This document shows, piece by piece, positions 43,495 through 53,074 of a stretch of 64,000 nucleotides of DNA (the first letter of the stretch is position 1; each line of letters starts with the position of its first letter). The notes beneath the pieces are model-generated. The model saw only the letters and a program-made list of their open reading frames with translations. It was not told the DNA's origin and made no database searches. A program made the translations under genes and the position numbers. Source of the stretch: an uncultured Gemmatimonadales bacterium (GTDB lineage: Bacteria > Gemmatimonadota > Gemmatimonadetes > Longimicrobiales > Longimicrobiaceae); NCBI GenBank assembly GCA_963716255.1, contig OY970303.1, positions 3,968,001 to 4,032,000 on the forward strand. Direction: 5' to 3'.

Positions 43495-44822
43495 GCACTC
43501 ACGCCGGGACCGGTCTTCACGCCTCCCTCCGCGCCTTCCCGGCCGCGGTGCTGGAGCTGTCCCCGGACGGGACGGTGACGGACTCCAACGGCCGCATGGA
43601 GACGGCGCTGGGCCGCCCGCTGGTGGGAGGGCCGCTGGCCGGCGTGCTGGACCGCGCTTCGGCGCACAGGCTGGAGCGGGTGCTCGCCGGGGCGGAGGCC
43701 GGGGAGGGCTGGGAGCTGATGTTCGAGGGCGCGGACGCCGTGCTCCCCCTCGCCTTCGCCGTGACCCGCACCGCCGACGACGGGCGGGAGCGCCTGTGGC
43801 TGGTGGAGCTGCCGCGCGACGCGCGGGGCTCGCGGCTCCACGAGGAGCTGCACGAGACGAACTCGGAGCTGGTGAACACCAAGCGCGAGCTTTCCAAGGA
43901 GAAGGTCCGGCTGGTGCGGGCGCTGGACGAGCTGGAGCGCGAGCTCCACGAGAACGAGCGCCTGTCGCAGGAGTTCCAGCGCCAGAACGAGGAGATGGAG
44001 GCGCAGAACGAGGAGCTCCTCGCCATGACGGAGGAGCTGCACGCGGGCCAGGACCAGCTCCTCCAGCTCAACCACCAGCTGGAGCGCCGCACCCGCGAGC
44101 TGCAGATCGCCATCAGCGCCCGCAACCGCTTCTACGCGGCGATGAGCCACGAGCTGCGCACCCCGATCAACGCGATCATGGGGTACAACGACCTGCTCCT
44201 GGCCTCGGTGTACGGGCGCCTGGCCGAGCAGCAGGAGCTGGCGATCGAGCGCTCGCAGCGGGCCGCGCGCCACCTGCGGGAGCTGGTGGGCGACATCCTG
44301 GACATCTCGCGCATCGAGCTGGGCAAGTTCGACGTGCAGCCGGAAACGGTGGAGCTGCCGCGGCTGGTGGAGGACCTGTTCGCGGCGGTGCGGCCGCTGG
44401 CGGACGGCCGGGGCTCCACGCTCCACCTGATGGGCGGCGACGAGCCCTGCCGGGTGGTCAGCGACCCGCGCCGGGTGCGGCAGATCGTGCTCAACCTGCT
44501 TTCCAACGCCATCAAGTTCGGCAACGGCAAGCCCGTGTGGGTGCGCTGCGGCCGGGCGTCCGAGGGCGGCGTGGAGGTGGAGGTGGTGGACGGCGGCGAC
44601 GGGATCCCGCCGGAGGACCTGGGCCGCATCTTCGAGGACTTCGTGCAGCTGGGGACGGAGGTGATCGGCGGGGCGGAGGGGACGGGGCTGGGGCTCCCGA
44701 TCTCGCGGCGCCTGGCGCACCTCCTGGGCGGCAGGCTGGAAGTGAGCTCCACCGTGGGGCTGGGGAGCACGTTCCGGCTGGTGCTGCCGCCCTCCATCCC
44801 CGCGGTCCGCGCCTCGGTCTGA
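43491..44822 (+). CDS. Soluble histidine kinase (PAS-like N-terminus, long coiled coil)
   Basis: MSHELRTP, NLLSNAIKF, DGGDGI, GTGLGL; no TM segment; ATGA overlap with the B12 gene. Confidence 0.92.
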   Translation: MSTHAGTGLHASLRAFPAAVLELSPDGTVTDSNGRMETALGRPLVGGPLAGVLDRASAHRLERVLAGAEAGEGWELMFEGADAVLPLAFAVTRTADDGRERLWLVELPRDARGSRLHEELHETNSELVNTKRELSKEKVRLVRALDELERELHENERLSQEFQRQNEEMEAQNEELLAMTEELHAGQDQLLQLNHQLERRTRELQIAISARNRFYAAMSHELRTPINAIMGYNDLLLASVYGRLAEQQELAIERSQRAARHLRELVGDILDISRIELGKFDVQPETVELPRLVEDLFAAVRPLADGRGSTLHLMGGDEPCRVVSDPRRVRQIVLNLLSNAIKFGNGKPVWVRCGRASEGGVEVEVVDGGDGIPPEDLGRIFEDFVQLGTEVIGGAEGTGLGLPISRRLAHLLGGRLEVSSTVGLGSTFRLVLPPSIPAVRASV

Positions 44823-44957
44823 CCGCGCCGCGCTGGCCTGCGCCCGCGGGTCGCGCTATCTTCACCGTGACATTTCCGGCATTTCCCGCGGCGCGCCCCC
44901 GGTCCGGAGGCGCCGCGCGGGGCACGCCGCATCCAGGAACCGCAACGAAACCGGTGC

Positions 44958-45644
44958 ATGGCGGCTGAGCAGGAGGGTAGGACCGCGGATCGCGACGGCG
45001 ACCGCCGTGGGCCCGACCGGCGGGGTGGCGACCGGCGCGCCCTGGAACGGCGGACTCCCGCGCCGGTCTGGCGCCGCCCCTGGGCACTCGTCTCCTACGG
45101 GGTGCTGGGCGCTCTTGCCCTGGTCCTCGTCGTCGATTCCATGTCGGGCGATGACGACGGTCCACCCGAGGGGGCCGTGATCGCCGCGGGCCCGGTGGCG
45201 CCGGCGGCGGACTCCACGCCCGCGCCCGCGGCCGCGCAGCCCCCGCAGGATGCCTTCGCCACGGCGGACTTCGAGCGGCTGGTGATCGAGGGGCAGGACG
45301 CGCGGGGCCGCAGGGTGCGCACCGAGCTGTACTGCGACACGCCGGACCCGGTCGCCCTGCGCCAGGGGATTCCCAACGCGGAGAGCGCCATCCTGGCGCT
45401 GCGCGACAGCATGGGGCGCGTCCCCGGCGCGGACTGCAAGTGGGGCGCGCGCGGCGACGAGCGCCGCCAGGACTTCCTCCTCCTGGTCCCGGCGGACCTG
45501 GCGGACGACTTCGCCGCGGCGCCGGTGACCACGGACGAGTTCGTGCGCCGCCGCCGTCTGCTGGCGGAGGTGGAGTGGATCGGCCGCTCCGAGATCGTGG
45601 CGCTCCGCACCGTGGGTGTCCTGCGCCGCGTCCTCACCCCCTGA
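44958..45644 (+). CDS. Single-pass membrane hypothetical protein with N-terminal DRR repeats
   Basis: DRRGPDRRGGDRRALERR, then one TM helix and an exported domain with two Cys. Confidence 0.72.
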   Translation: MAAEQEGRTADRDGDRRGPDRRGGDRRALERRTPAPVWRRPWALVSYGVLGALALVLVVDSMSGDDDGPPEGAVIAAGPVAPAADSTPAPAAAQPPQDAFATADFERLVIEGQDARGRRVRTELYCDTPDPVALRQGIPNAESAILALRDSMGRVPGADCKWGARGDERRQDFLLLVPADLADDFAAAPVTTDEFVRRRRLLAEVEWIGRSEIVALRTVGVLRRVLTP

Positions 45645-45736
45645 CGCCGGCTGGTCCCCGCGCGCGGCCGCCCGCACTCCGGGCGGCCGCGCGCGCTTTT
45701 TTCCCGGAGCTTCCTCCAGCCTCCAGCCTTTTCCCG

Positions 45737-46945
45737 ATGTCCGCGGCCCCGCACGACCCCGATCCGCTCCTGGAGCGCGCGCGCCGCCTCCACCGCGAGG
45801 CCCCGCTGGTGGACGGGCACAACGACCTGCCCTTCGAGGTCCGCGTGAAGGGGGGTGGCGACCTGGAGCGCATGGACCCGGACGGCCCGCTCCCGGCGCA
45901 GCACACGGACGTGCCGCGGCTGCGCGAGGGCGGGGTGGGCGGGGTGTTCTGGGCGGCGTACGTGCCGCCGACGCTGGCCGGCAGCGGAGCGGCGCGCTTC
46001 GCGCTGGAGCAGATCGGGCTGGTCCACGCCATGACGGAGCGCTCGCCGCACCTGGAGCTGGCCCGCACGGCGGCGGACGTGGCGCGCATCCACGGGGAGG
46101 GCCACATCGCCTCGCTGATCGGGGTGGAGGGCGGGCACGCGATCGAGAACTCGCTGGACACGCTGCGGGGCTTCGCGGAGCTGGGGGTGCGCTACCTGAC
46201 GCTCACCCACGCCGACACCATCGAGTGGGCGGACGCGGCGACGGACGAGGAGCGCCACGGCGGCCTGACGCGCTTCGGCGAGGAGGTGGTGCGGGAGATG
46301 AACCGGCTGGGGATGCTGGTGGACCTGTCGCACGTGTCGGCGGCCACCATGCGCCACGCTCTCCGCGTCACGGAGGCGCCGGTGGTGTTCTCGCACTCGG
46401 GCGTGTGCGGGGTGGCGGAGCACGCGCGCAACGTCCCGGACGACGTGCTGGAGCGGGTGAGGGAGAACGGCGGGGTGGTGATGGTCAACTTCTACCCGGG
46501 CTTCGTGGAGCCGCGCGGGGCGGAGATCATGCGCGACATGTTCGACGTGCAGCGCGCCATCCGCGACCGCCACCCGGACGACTCGCACCGCGCCTGGCGG
46601 GAGTTCGAGGAGTGGCGGAGCGCGCACCCGGTGCCGCGCGGCACGGTGGCGACGCTGGCCGACCACGTGGACCACGTCGTCCGGGTGGCGGGGATCGACC
46701 ACGCGGGGCTGGGCTCGGACTTCGACGGGGTCACGGCGCTCCCGGAGGGGATGGAGGACGTGTCCCGCTACCCCTGGCTCACCGCGGAGCTGCTGCGGCG
46801 GGGCTACTCCGACGACGACGCGAAGAAGGTGATGGGCGGCAACGTGCTGCGGGTGCTGCGCGAGGCGGAGGAGTTGGCGGAGCGGCTCCGCGAGGAGCGC
46901 GGCCCCTCGCGGGCGACGATCGCGGAGCTGGACGGCGCCCGGTAG
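45737..46945 (+). CDS. Membrane (renal-type, M19) dipeptidase
   Basis: DGHNDLP, GVEGGH, YLTLTH, VDLSH, FSHS, RNVPD, GSDFDG. Confidence 0.93.
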   Translation: MSAAPHDPDPLLERARRLHREAPLVDGHNDLPFEVRVKGGGDLERMDPDGPLPAQHTDVPRLREGGVGGVFWAAYVPPTLAGSGAARFALEQIGLVHAMTERSPHLELARTAADVARIHGEGHIASLIGVEGGHAIENSLDTLRGFAELGVRYLTLTHADTIEWADAATDEERHGGLTRFGEEVVREMNRLGMLVDLSHVSAATMRHALRVTEAPVVFSHSGVCGVAEHARNVPDDVLERVRENGGVVMVNFYPGFVEPRGAEIMRDMFDVQRAIRDRHPDDSHRAWREFEEWRSAHPVPRGTVATLADHVDHVVRVAGIDHAGLGSDFDGVTALPEGMEDVSRYPWLTAELLRRGYSDDDAKKVMGGNVLRVLREAEELAERLREERGPSRATIAELDGAR

Positions 46946-46972
46946 CCCGGATTTCCGGAAGCGAAACGGGAC

Positions 46973-47005
46973 GACCCCCGCGCCGGACGCTCCGGCGCGG
47001 GGGTC
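46973..47005 (+). terminator. Terminator hairpin
   Basis: GACCCCCGCGCCGGA-CGC-TCCGGCGCGGGGGTC. Confidence 0.65.
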
Positions 47006-47184
47006 TTCGTATCGTTGCGGGGCAGGCGGGCCCTCCCCCGGCTCTGCGCGTGGGGTCGGGCGCGGGGCTGCTCTCCGGAAAGAGTCAATGCCCTCCCACC
47101 CCGGCCACACCCCCGACTCTTTCCTCCGACCACCCCCGCACCCTCCCGGCGAGCATCGCTGGACGGCGACTGCCCGGCTGTTCT

Positions 47185-47226
47185 CCCCCTCTCCCGCTTG
47201 CGGGGGAGGGGGCCGCGGGGGAGGGG
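47185..47226 (+). repeat. REP-like palindrome
   Basis: CCCCCTCTCCCGCTTGCGGGGGAGGGGGCCG... Confidence 0.8.
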
Positions 47227-47252
47227 ACACGCCCGAACCCGCCGTCAAGCAG

Positions 47253-47495
47253 TCAGGCGACCCCGGCCTCCGTCTTGGCCCACGCGAGCCGCCGGTGCAG
47301 CTCCTTCTCGCTCATGGTGCCGATGGCGAAGTCCGCGGCCTCGATGCTGTTGAAGCTCACCGTGGTGCGGATGGGCTCGCCGGCCCCTCCCTCCGGGCGG
47401 AACGCCAGCGTGGCGCCCTGCTTCAGGTGGGCGCCGGTGCTTTCCGCCGCCACCACTTCCCAGGCCCTGCCGTCCTCGTCCGTGATCGTGCGCAT
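47253..47495 (-). CDS. Small hypothetical protein (80 aa)
   Basis: MRTITDEDGRAWEV...MSEKELHRRL; GAGGG RBS; coding-like codon pattern. Confidence 0.75.
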   Translation of the reverse strand: MRTITDEDGRAWEVVAAESTGAHLKQGATLAFRPEGGAGEPIRTTVSFNSIEAADFAIGTMSEKELHRRLAWAKTEAGVA

Positions 47496-47569
47496 CCGTC
47501 CCTCGGGGTCGTGAACTGGTCGTGTGGGCCGGCGCGCGGCCGGCCGGATGGTTTTCGCGGTGCGGGGGC

Positions 47570-48691
47570 TCAGCGCAGCTCGGCCACCAGCGCCTCGCCG
47601 AGCGCCTCCACCTGCCAGCGGCGCACGCCGGGGACGCTCAGCATCTCCTCCGGGGAGCCGGGCATGGCCCGCGCCAGGTCCTCCAGCATGGCCTTGGACA
47701 TCATGAAGCCGGGGTCCAGCCCCAGCTGGTCGGCGCGGCGGTTGCGGGCGTGCTTGAGGGCTTCCACGCGCGCTTCGTGCTCGGGGTCGCGCTCCCAGCG
47801 GCGCGCGGCGGGGAAGCGCGGCAGCTCGCCCTCGGGCACCTCAAGCCCGCGCGTGACGGCGGCCAGGATGTCGCGGCCGCGGCGCTGCGCCAGGCCCTCG
47901 GAGATGCCGCTGATCTCGGGGAGCTCCCTGACGGTGCGGGGCGCGCGGGCGCTCAGCTCGATCAGCGCCTGGTTGGCGAGGACGCGGAAGGTGGCCTGGT
48001 CGCGCTCGCGGGCCACCTCGTCGCGCCACGCGTACAGCTCGCGCAGGATGGCGAGCCCGCGCGGGGCCAGGTCGCGCGCGCCCTTGACGCGGAGGAACGC
48101 TTCGCGGTCGGCGTCGGGCTCGGCCCAGCGGGTCTGCTCGCGGCGGCGGAACTCCTCCTCGGCCCAGGCGAGCCGGCCCACGGCCTCCAGCTCCTGGCGC
48201 AGCCGGTCGCGCAGCGCGGGGAGGTGGGCGGTGTCGGTGGCGGCGTAGTCCATCATCCCCTGCGACAGGGGGCGCTCCGCCCAGTCGGCGCGCTGGAACT
48301 CCTTGGGGAGCTTGAGGCCCAGGTACTTTTCCACGATGTTGCCCAGCCCCAGCGAGCGCTCGCCCAGGAAGGCGGCGGCGATCTGGGTGTCGAACAGGCC
48401 GGCGAGGCCCATTCCCGCGTCGCGGTCCAGGATGCGCAGGTCGTAGTCGGCGTCGTGGAAGATCTTTTCCACGGCCGGGTCTTCGAAGAGCGGCTTGAGC
48501 GGCGAGACGTCGAACGCCAGCGGGTCGATCAGGAAGTTCTCCTCGCGCGAGGAGAGCTGGATCAGGCTCAGCCGGTCCAGGAAGCGGTGGTACCCGGCGG
48601 CCTCCGTGTCGGCGGCGATCAGGGGGAGGCCGCGGAGGCGCTCGATCACGCGCTCCAGGTGCTCCGGGGTCTCGACGTATTCGTATCTCAC
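47570..48691 (-). CDS. rnd: Ribonuclease D (3'-5' exonuclease plus HRDC)
   Basis: ADTEA, LIQLS, KIFHDADYD, FDTQIAA, QRADW..RPL....YAA.D, WRD..AR..D. Confidence 0.92.
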   Translation of the reverse strand: MRYEYVETPEHLERVIERLRGLPLIAADTEAAGYHRFLDRLSLIQLSSREENFLIDPLAFDVSPLKPLFEDPAVEKIFHDADYDLRILDRDAGMGLAGLFDTQIAAAFLGERSLGLGNIVEKYLGLKLPKEFQRADWAERPLSQGMMDYAATDTAHLPALRDRLRQELEAVGRLAWAEEEFRRREQTRWAEPDADREAFLRVKGARDLAPRGLAILRELYAWRDEVARERDQATFRVLANQALIELSARAPRTVRELPEISGISEGLAQRRGRDILAAVTRGLEVPEGELPRFPAARRWERDPEHEARVEALKHARNRRADQLGLDPGFMMSKAMLEDLARAMPGSPEEMLSVPGVRRWQVEALGEALVAELR

Positions 48692-48851
48692 TCTGGGTCC
48701 GGTTCGGGGTCGCCGGATAATCGCCCTCCGGCGGTGCCCCCGCAAGAGTTCCGCCACCCGCGGCGGGTTGCTGGGGCTTCGCGCGGCGCCCTATGTTGCG
48801 GGCGCTCTCCGGTTCCCGCCGGCCCTTTTACAGCCGCTCTCCCCGCACGCC

Positions 48852-50447
48852 ATGACCCGCAGCCGCACGCCCCGGCCCGACCTGGTCGTCCTCGCCCGCC
48901 GCATCCACCTGCTGGGCGACGCGCCGCCCGTGGCGGCGCTCCTGGTGCGCGGCGGCCGGGTGGCCGCGGCGGGCACCGAGGCGGAGATGCGCGCGGCGGC
49001 GCTCCCCGGGGCGCGGGTGGAGGACCTCGGCGGGGCCGTGGTGACGCCGGGGCTGACGGACGCGCACGTGCACCTGACGATGTGGGCGCTGGCCCGCCGC
49101 CGGGTGGAGCTGGGCGGCGCGCGCACCGTGGAGGAGGGGTTGGAGCGGGTGCGTGCCGCCGCGGCGTCGGGCAGCGGCTGGATCCGCGGGCTGGGGTGGG
49201 ACGTGCACCGCTGGGGCGGCCTCCCCACCCGGGAGGCGCTGGACCGGGCCGCCCCGGACCGGCCCGTGTACCTGGAGAGCCACGACATCCACGCGGCGTG
49301 GGTGAACTCGGCGGCGCTGCGGGCGTGCGGGATCGACGCATCCACTCCCGACCCGGAAGGCGGGACCGTCGTCCGCGACCCCGCCACCGGCGAGCCCACG
49401 GGGATCCTGCTGGAGCACGCCAAGCGCCTGGTGGCCCCCTTTCTCCCCGATCCCTCGCGGGAGGAGGTGAGGGACGCGCTGCTGGACGCCCAGCGCGAGG
49501 TCCACCGGCTGGGGATCACCGGGGTGCACTCGGTGGAGCAGCCCACCGGCCTGGCCGACTTCCAGGACCTGGAGGCGCGCGGCCTGCTGCGCCTGCGGGT
49601 GCTCCAGGCGCTCCCCCTGGCCCTGCTGGACGACGCGGTCCGGCTGGGGCTGCGCAGCGGCTTCGGGGGGGAGTGGATCCGCATCGGCGGGGTGAAGATG
49701 TTCCTGGACGGGGCGCTGGGATCGCGCACGGCGCTGCTGCGGGAGCCGTACGAGGGCACGGCGGACGACCGGGGGATGGAAACGCTGCCGCTGGCCGACT
49801 TCCGGGACGCGGTGCGCAGGGCGGCGGAGGCGGGGATCGCGAGCACCGTGCACGCCATCGGCGACGCGGCAGTGGAGCGCGCGCTGGAGGTGCTGGGCGA
49901 AGCCCCCCGCGTGGCGGCGATGCCGCACCGCGTGGAGCACCTGCAGCTGTGTCCGCCGGAGCTGTGGGGGCGGGCGGCGCGGGCGGGGATCGTGGCGTCC
50001 ATGCAGCCGGTGCACTTGCTCAGCGACGTGTTCCCGGCGGAGCGCCACTGGGGTCACGCCCGCTCGCGCGGCGCCTACGCCTTCGCGCCGCTGCTGCGCG
50101 CGGGGACGACGCTGGCGTTCGGGTCGGACGTTCCGGTGGAGACGGTGGACCCGCGGCCGGGGCTGTTCGCGGCCACCAAGCGGGTGAGCTGGGACGGCGA
50201 GCCGGCGGGCGAGTGGTACCCGGAGCATCGCCTGACGGCGGAGGAGGCGGTGCGCGCCTACACCGAGGGCCCCGCCGCCGCCGCGGGCGAAGCGGACCGG
50301 CGCGGCCGGCTCCTCCCGGGCTACGACGCGGACCTGGCCGCCTGGGACACGGACCCGCTGGCCGCCTCGCCCGAGGAGCTGCGCGGGATGCGCTGTCTGC
50401 TCACCCTGGTGGGCGGCGAGACGGTGCACCGGGACGGTGCCGCGTGA
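48852..50447 (+). CDS. Amidohydrolase family 3 (YtcJ-like)
   Basis: PGLTDAHVH, H.AWVNS.AL, K.FLDGALGSRTA, HAIGD, RVEH, GSD.P. Confidence 0.92.
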   Translation: MTRSRTPRPDLVVLARRIHLLGDAPPVAALLVRGGRVAAAGTEAEMRAAALPGARVEDLGGAVVTPGLTDAHVHLTMWALARRRVELGGARTVEEGLERVRAAAASGSGWIRGLGWDVHRWGGLPTREALDRAAPDRPVYLESHDIHAAWVNSAALRACGIDASTPDPEGGTVVRDPATGEPTGILLEHAKRLVAPFLPDPSREEVRDALLDAQREVHRLGITGVHSVEQPTGLADFQDLEARGLLRLRVLQALPLALLDDAVRLGLRSGFGGEWIRIGGVKMFLDGALGSRTALLREPYEGTADDRGMETLPLADFRDAVRRAAEAGIASTVHAIGDAAVERALEVLGEAPRVAAMPHRVEHLQLCPPELWGRAARAGIVASMQPVHLLSDVFPAERHWGHARSRGAYAFAPLLRAGTTLAFGSDVPVETVDPRPGLFAATKRVSWDGEPAGEWYPEHRLTAEEAVRAYTEGPAAAAGEADRRGRLLPGYDADLAAWDTDPLAASPEELRGMRCLLTLVGGETVHRDGAA

Positions 50448-51223
50448 CGCCCGAGGGGCTGGAGCGTGCCGTCGGCTGGCTGGCGGACGCCCGCCGCGTG
50501 GTGGCCTCCACCGGGGCGGGGATGTCCAGGGAGAGCGGCATTCCCACCTTCCGCGACGCGCTGGAGGGATTGTGGGAGCGCTACGACCCCGAGACGCTGG
50601 CGACGGAGCGCGGCTTCCGCGCGGACCCGCCGCTGGTGTGGAGCTGGTACGCGGAGCGGCGCCGGCAGATCGTGGCGTGCCGGCCGCACGCGGGCCACCT
50701 CGCGCTGGCGGAGATGGACGCGCTGCTCCCCTCGCTGGTCGTGCTCACCCAGAACATCGACGGCCTGCACGCCGCCGCCGGCTCGCGCGACGTGGTGGAA
50801 TTGCACGGCAGCATCCGCCGGGTGAAGTGCCTGGACGCGCACCACCCCTTCGCGGGCGAGGTCCCGGACGCGGAGGGCGCCCCGCCGGTCTGCCCGCGGT
50901 GCGGCTCGCCGCTGCGCCCGGACGTGGTGTGGTTCGGCGAGGTGCTCCCGGAGGAGGCGATGGAGCGCGCCTGGATCCTCGCCGAGATGTGCGACGTGAT
51001 GCTGGTGGTGGGCACCTCCGGCCTGGTGTTCCCCGCCGCCGACATCCCCCGCGCCGCAAAGGCCGCCGGCGCGCGCATCGTGGAGGTGAACCCCCACCCC
51101 AGCGGCATCACCCCCGTGGCCGACGTGTTCCTGCGCGGCACCGCCGGGGAGGTGCTGCCCATGCTGCTGGAAGGGCTGAAGCGCGCGAAGGCGGAGGCCG
51201 GCGGCCCCCACCCGGCGGCCTGA
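50444..51223 (+). CDS. cobB: NAD-dependent deacylase (sirtuin)
   Basis: TGAGMS.ESGIPTFRD, WY..R, TQNIDGLH, LHG, RPDVVWFGE, GTS..V.PAA. Confidence 0.93.
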   Translation: MTPEGLERAVGWLADARRVVASTGAGMSRESGIPTFRDALEGLWERYDPETLATERGFRADPPLVWSWYAERRRQIVACRPHAGHLALAEMDALLPSLVVLTQNIDGLHAAAGSRDVVELHGSIRRVKCLDAHHPFAGEVPDAEGAPPVCPRCGSPLRPDVVWFGEVLPEEAMERAWILAEMCDVMLVVGTSGLVFPAADIPRAAKAAGARIVEVNPHPSGITPVADVFLRGTAGEVLPMLLEGLKRAKAEAGGPHPAA

Positions 51224-51256
51224 GAGCCGCCACCCTCCCCCAATTCTGGGGGAGGG
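51203..51256 (-). repeat. REP-like element, long form, overlapping the 3' end of cobB
   Basis: Reverse complement CCCTCCCCCAGAATTGGGGGAGGGTGGCGGCTCTCAGGCCGCCGGGTGGGGGCC. Confidence 0.8.
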
Positions 51257-51295
51257 CGTCCTGACCCTCGCCGTCCGACGTGTCGTTGCAGTACT

Positions 51296-51340
51296 CCCCA
51301 CTCTCCCGCTTGCGGGGGAGGGGGCCGGGGGGAGGGGGCC
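51296..51340 (+). repeat. REP-like palindrome
   Basis: CTCTCCCGCTTGCGGGGGAGGGGGCCGGGGGGAGGGGGCC. Confidence 0.8.
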
Positions 51341-51347
51341 GGCCGTC

Positions 51348-51480
51348 GCGTGAGGGATTTCGGCCCGAAGGGGCGAGACCCGGCGAGGCTGTTTCCGCCG
51401 GGGCTCGACTCCGTTAGGCAGCGTTGTTTGCTGCCTTACGGAGCCGAAGCCCGACCCCGGCGCCAGCCGGGGGCACGCCC
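51348..51480 (+). repeat. Structured repeat family B, copy 3
   Basis: Same frame; stems AGGCAGC/GCTGCCT and CCCGGCG/CGCCGGG. Confidence 0.92.
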
Positions 51481-51633
51481 AACCCTGCTGTAAAAAGTCG
51501 TAGCAGTTTCCTCCCGCCCCTTGCCCCTCCCGGAAGCGCCGGGCACTATTCCCGCTTCCCCGCACACGGACGCTGCGCACGGCCCGGTCCTTGCCGCGTC
51601 GCGCGGGTCACGTATCGCCCGCAGCCCGACATC

Positions 51634-53052
51634 ATGATTCGACGCACCAAGATCGTCTGCACGCTGGGCCCGGCCACCTGGTCGCGCGACCGCATCGCCT
51701 CGCTGATCTCCGCGGGGATGGACGTGGCCCGGATCAATTTCTCGCACGGCGACCTCACCCGTCACGCGGAGACCATCCGCAACGTCCGCGAGGCCGCGCT
51801 GGCCGCCGGGCGCCCCATCGCGGTGCTCGGCGACCTGCAGGGCCCCAAGATCCGCGTGGGCGTGCTCCCCGAGCCGGTGGAGCTGAGCCCCGGCGACGGG
51901 GTGTGGTTCGCCCCCGAGGGGCAGCACCGCCCGGGCGAGCTCCCCACCACCTTCACCGAGCTGGCGCAGGACGTGGAGGTGGGCGACGTGGTGCTCCTGG
52001 CGGACGGGCTCATGGAGCTGATCGTGGAGGACGTGGAGGTCCCCCGCGTGAAGATGCGCGTGATCCATGGCGGGACGCTCACCTCCAACAAGGGGATCAA
52101 CCTCCCGGGCACGCGCGTCAGCGTCCCCTCGCTCACGGAAAAGGACCTTCGCGACCTGGAGTTCGCGCTGGAGCAGGAGGTGGACTACCTGGCCCTGTCC
52201 TTCGTGCGCTCGGTCGAGGACGTGCAGGACCTGCTGCGGCGCATTCCCCCGGGCGGGCCGCTGGTGGTGGTCAAGGTGGAGAAGGGGCACGCGCTGGAGA
52301 ACCTGGAGGCCATCATGGAGGCCTCCGCGGCGGCGATGGTGGCCCGCGGCGACCTGGGGGTGGAGCTGCCGTTCGAGCGGGTGCCGCTGGCGCAGAAGCG
52401 CATGATCCAGCTCGCCAACTTCACCGGGCGGCCGGTGATCACCGCCACGCAGATGCTGGAGTCCATGATCGAGAACCCGCGCCCCACGCGCGCGGAGGCC
52501 TCGGACGTGGCCAACGCCATCATCGACGGCACGGACGCGGTGATGCTCTCGGCCGAGACGGCCACGGGGCGCTTCCCCATGGAAGCGGTGAAGTCCATGG
52601 TGCGCATCGCCCAGGAGATCGAGGACTCGCACATCATCGAAGGCGGGCCGCACTACGACATCCCCCTGGAGCGCCCCACCGACGGCCACACGCCCACGGA
52701 GCGCGCCGTGGCCGCCGCCACCGCGGAGGCGGCGCGCCGCCTGAACGCGCCGCTGATCCTCACCTTCACCAGCAGCGGCTCCACCGCGCGCGTGGTGTCG
52801 TCCTTCCGCCCCCCGGTCCCCATCCTGGCGCTCACAGACTCGCAGCGCACCTACAACCAGCTGGCGCTGGTGTGGGGGGTGGTGCCGGTGCTCTGCTCGG
52901 TGGACGCGGGCTTCGAGGAGATGCTGGCCTGCGGCAAGCACGAGGCGATCAAGCGCGGCCTGGCGGTGCGCGGCGACCGCATCGTGGTCACCGCCGGCTA
53001 CCCCATGCACGTGCCGGGCACCACCAACCTGCTGCAGGTGGAGGTGCTGTGA
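51634..53052 (+). CDS. pyk: Pyruvate kinase
   Basis: RRTKIVCTLGPAT, ARINFSHG, DLQGPKIR, MVARGDLGVE, ITATQMLESM, PTRAE, MLSAETA. Confidence 0.97.
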   Translation: MIRRTKIVCTLGPATWSRDRIASLISAGMDVARINFSHGDLTRHAETIRNVREAALAAGRPIAVLGDLQGPKIRVGVLPEPVELSPGDGVWFAPEGQHRPGELPTTFTELAQDVEVGDVVLLADGLMELIVEDVEVPRVKMRVIHGGTLTSNKGINLPGTRVSVPSLTEKDLRDLEFALEQEVDYLALSFVRSVEDVQDLLRRIPPGGPLVVVKVEKGHALENLEAIMEASAAAMVARGDLGVELPFERVPLAQKRMIQLANFTGRPVITATQMLESMIENPRPTRAEASDVANAIIDGTDAVMLSAETATGRFPMEAVKSMVRIAQEIEDSHIIEGGPHYDIPLERPTDGHTPTERAVAAATAEAARRLNAPLILTFTSSGSTARVVSSFRPPVPILALTDSQRTYNQLALVWGVVPVLCSVDAGFEEMLACGKHEAIKRGLAVRGDRIVVTAGYPMHVPGTTNLLQVEVL

Positions 53053-53074
53053 CGGCGCCGCCGAGCGGGGCACG

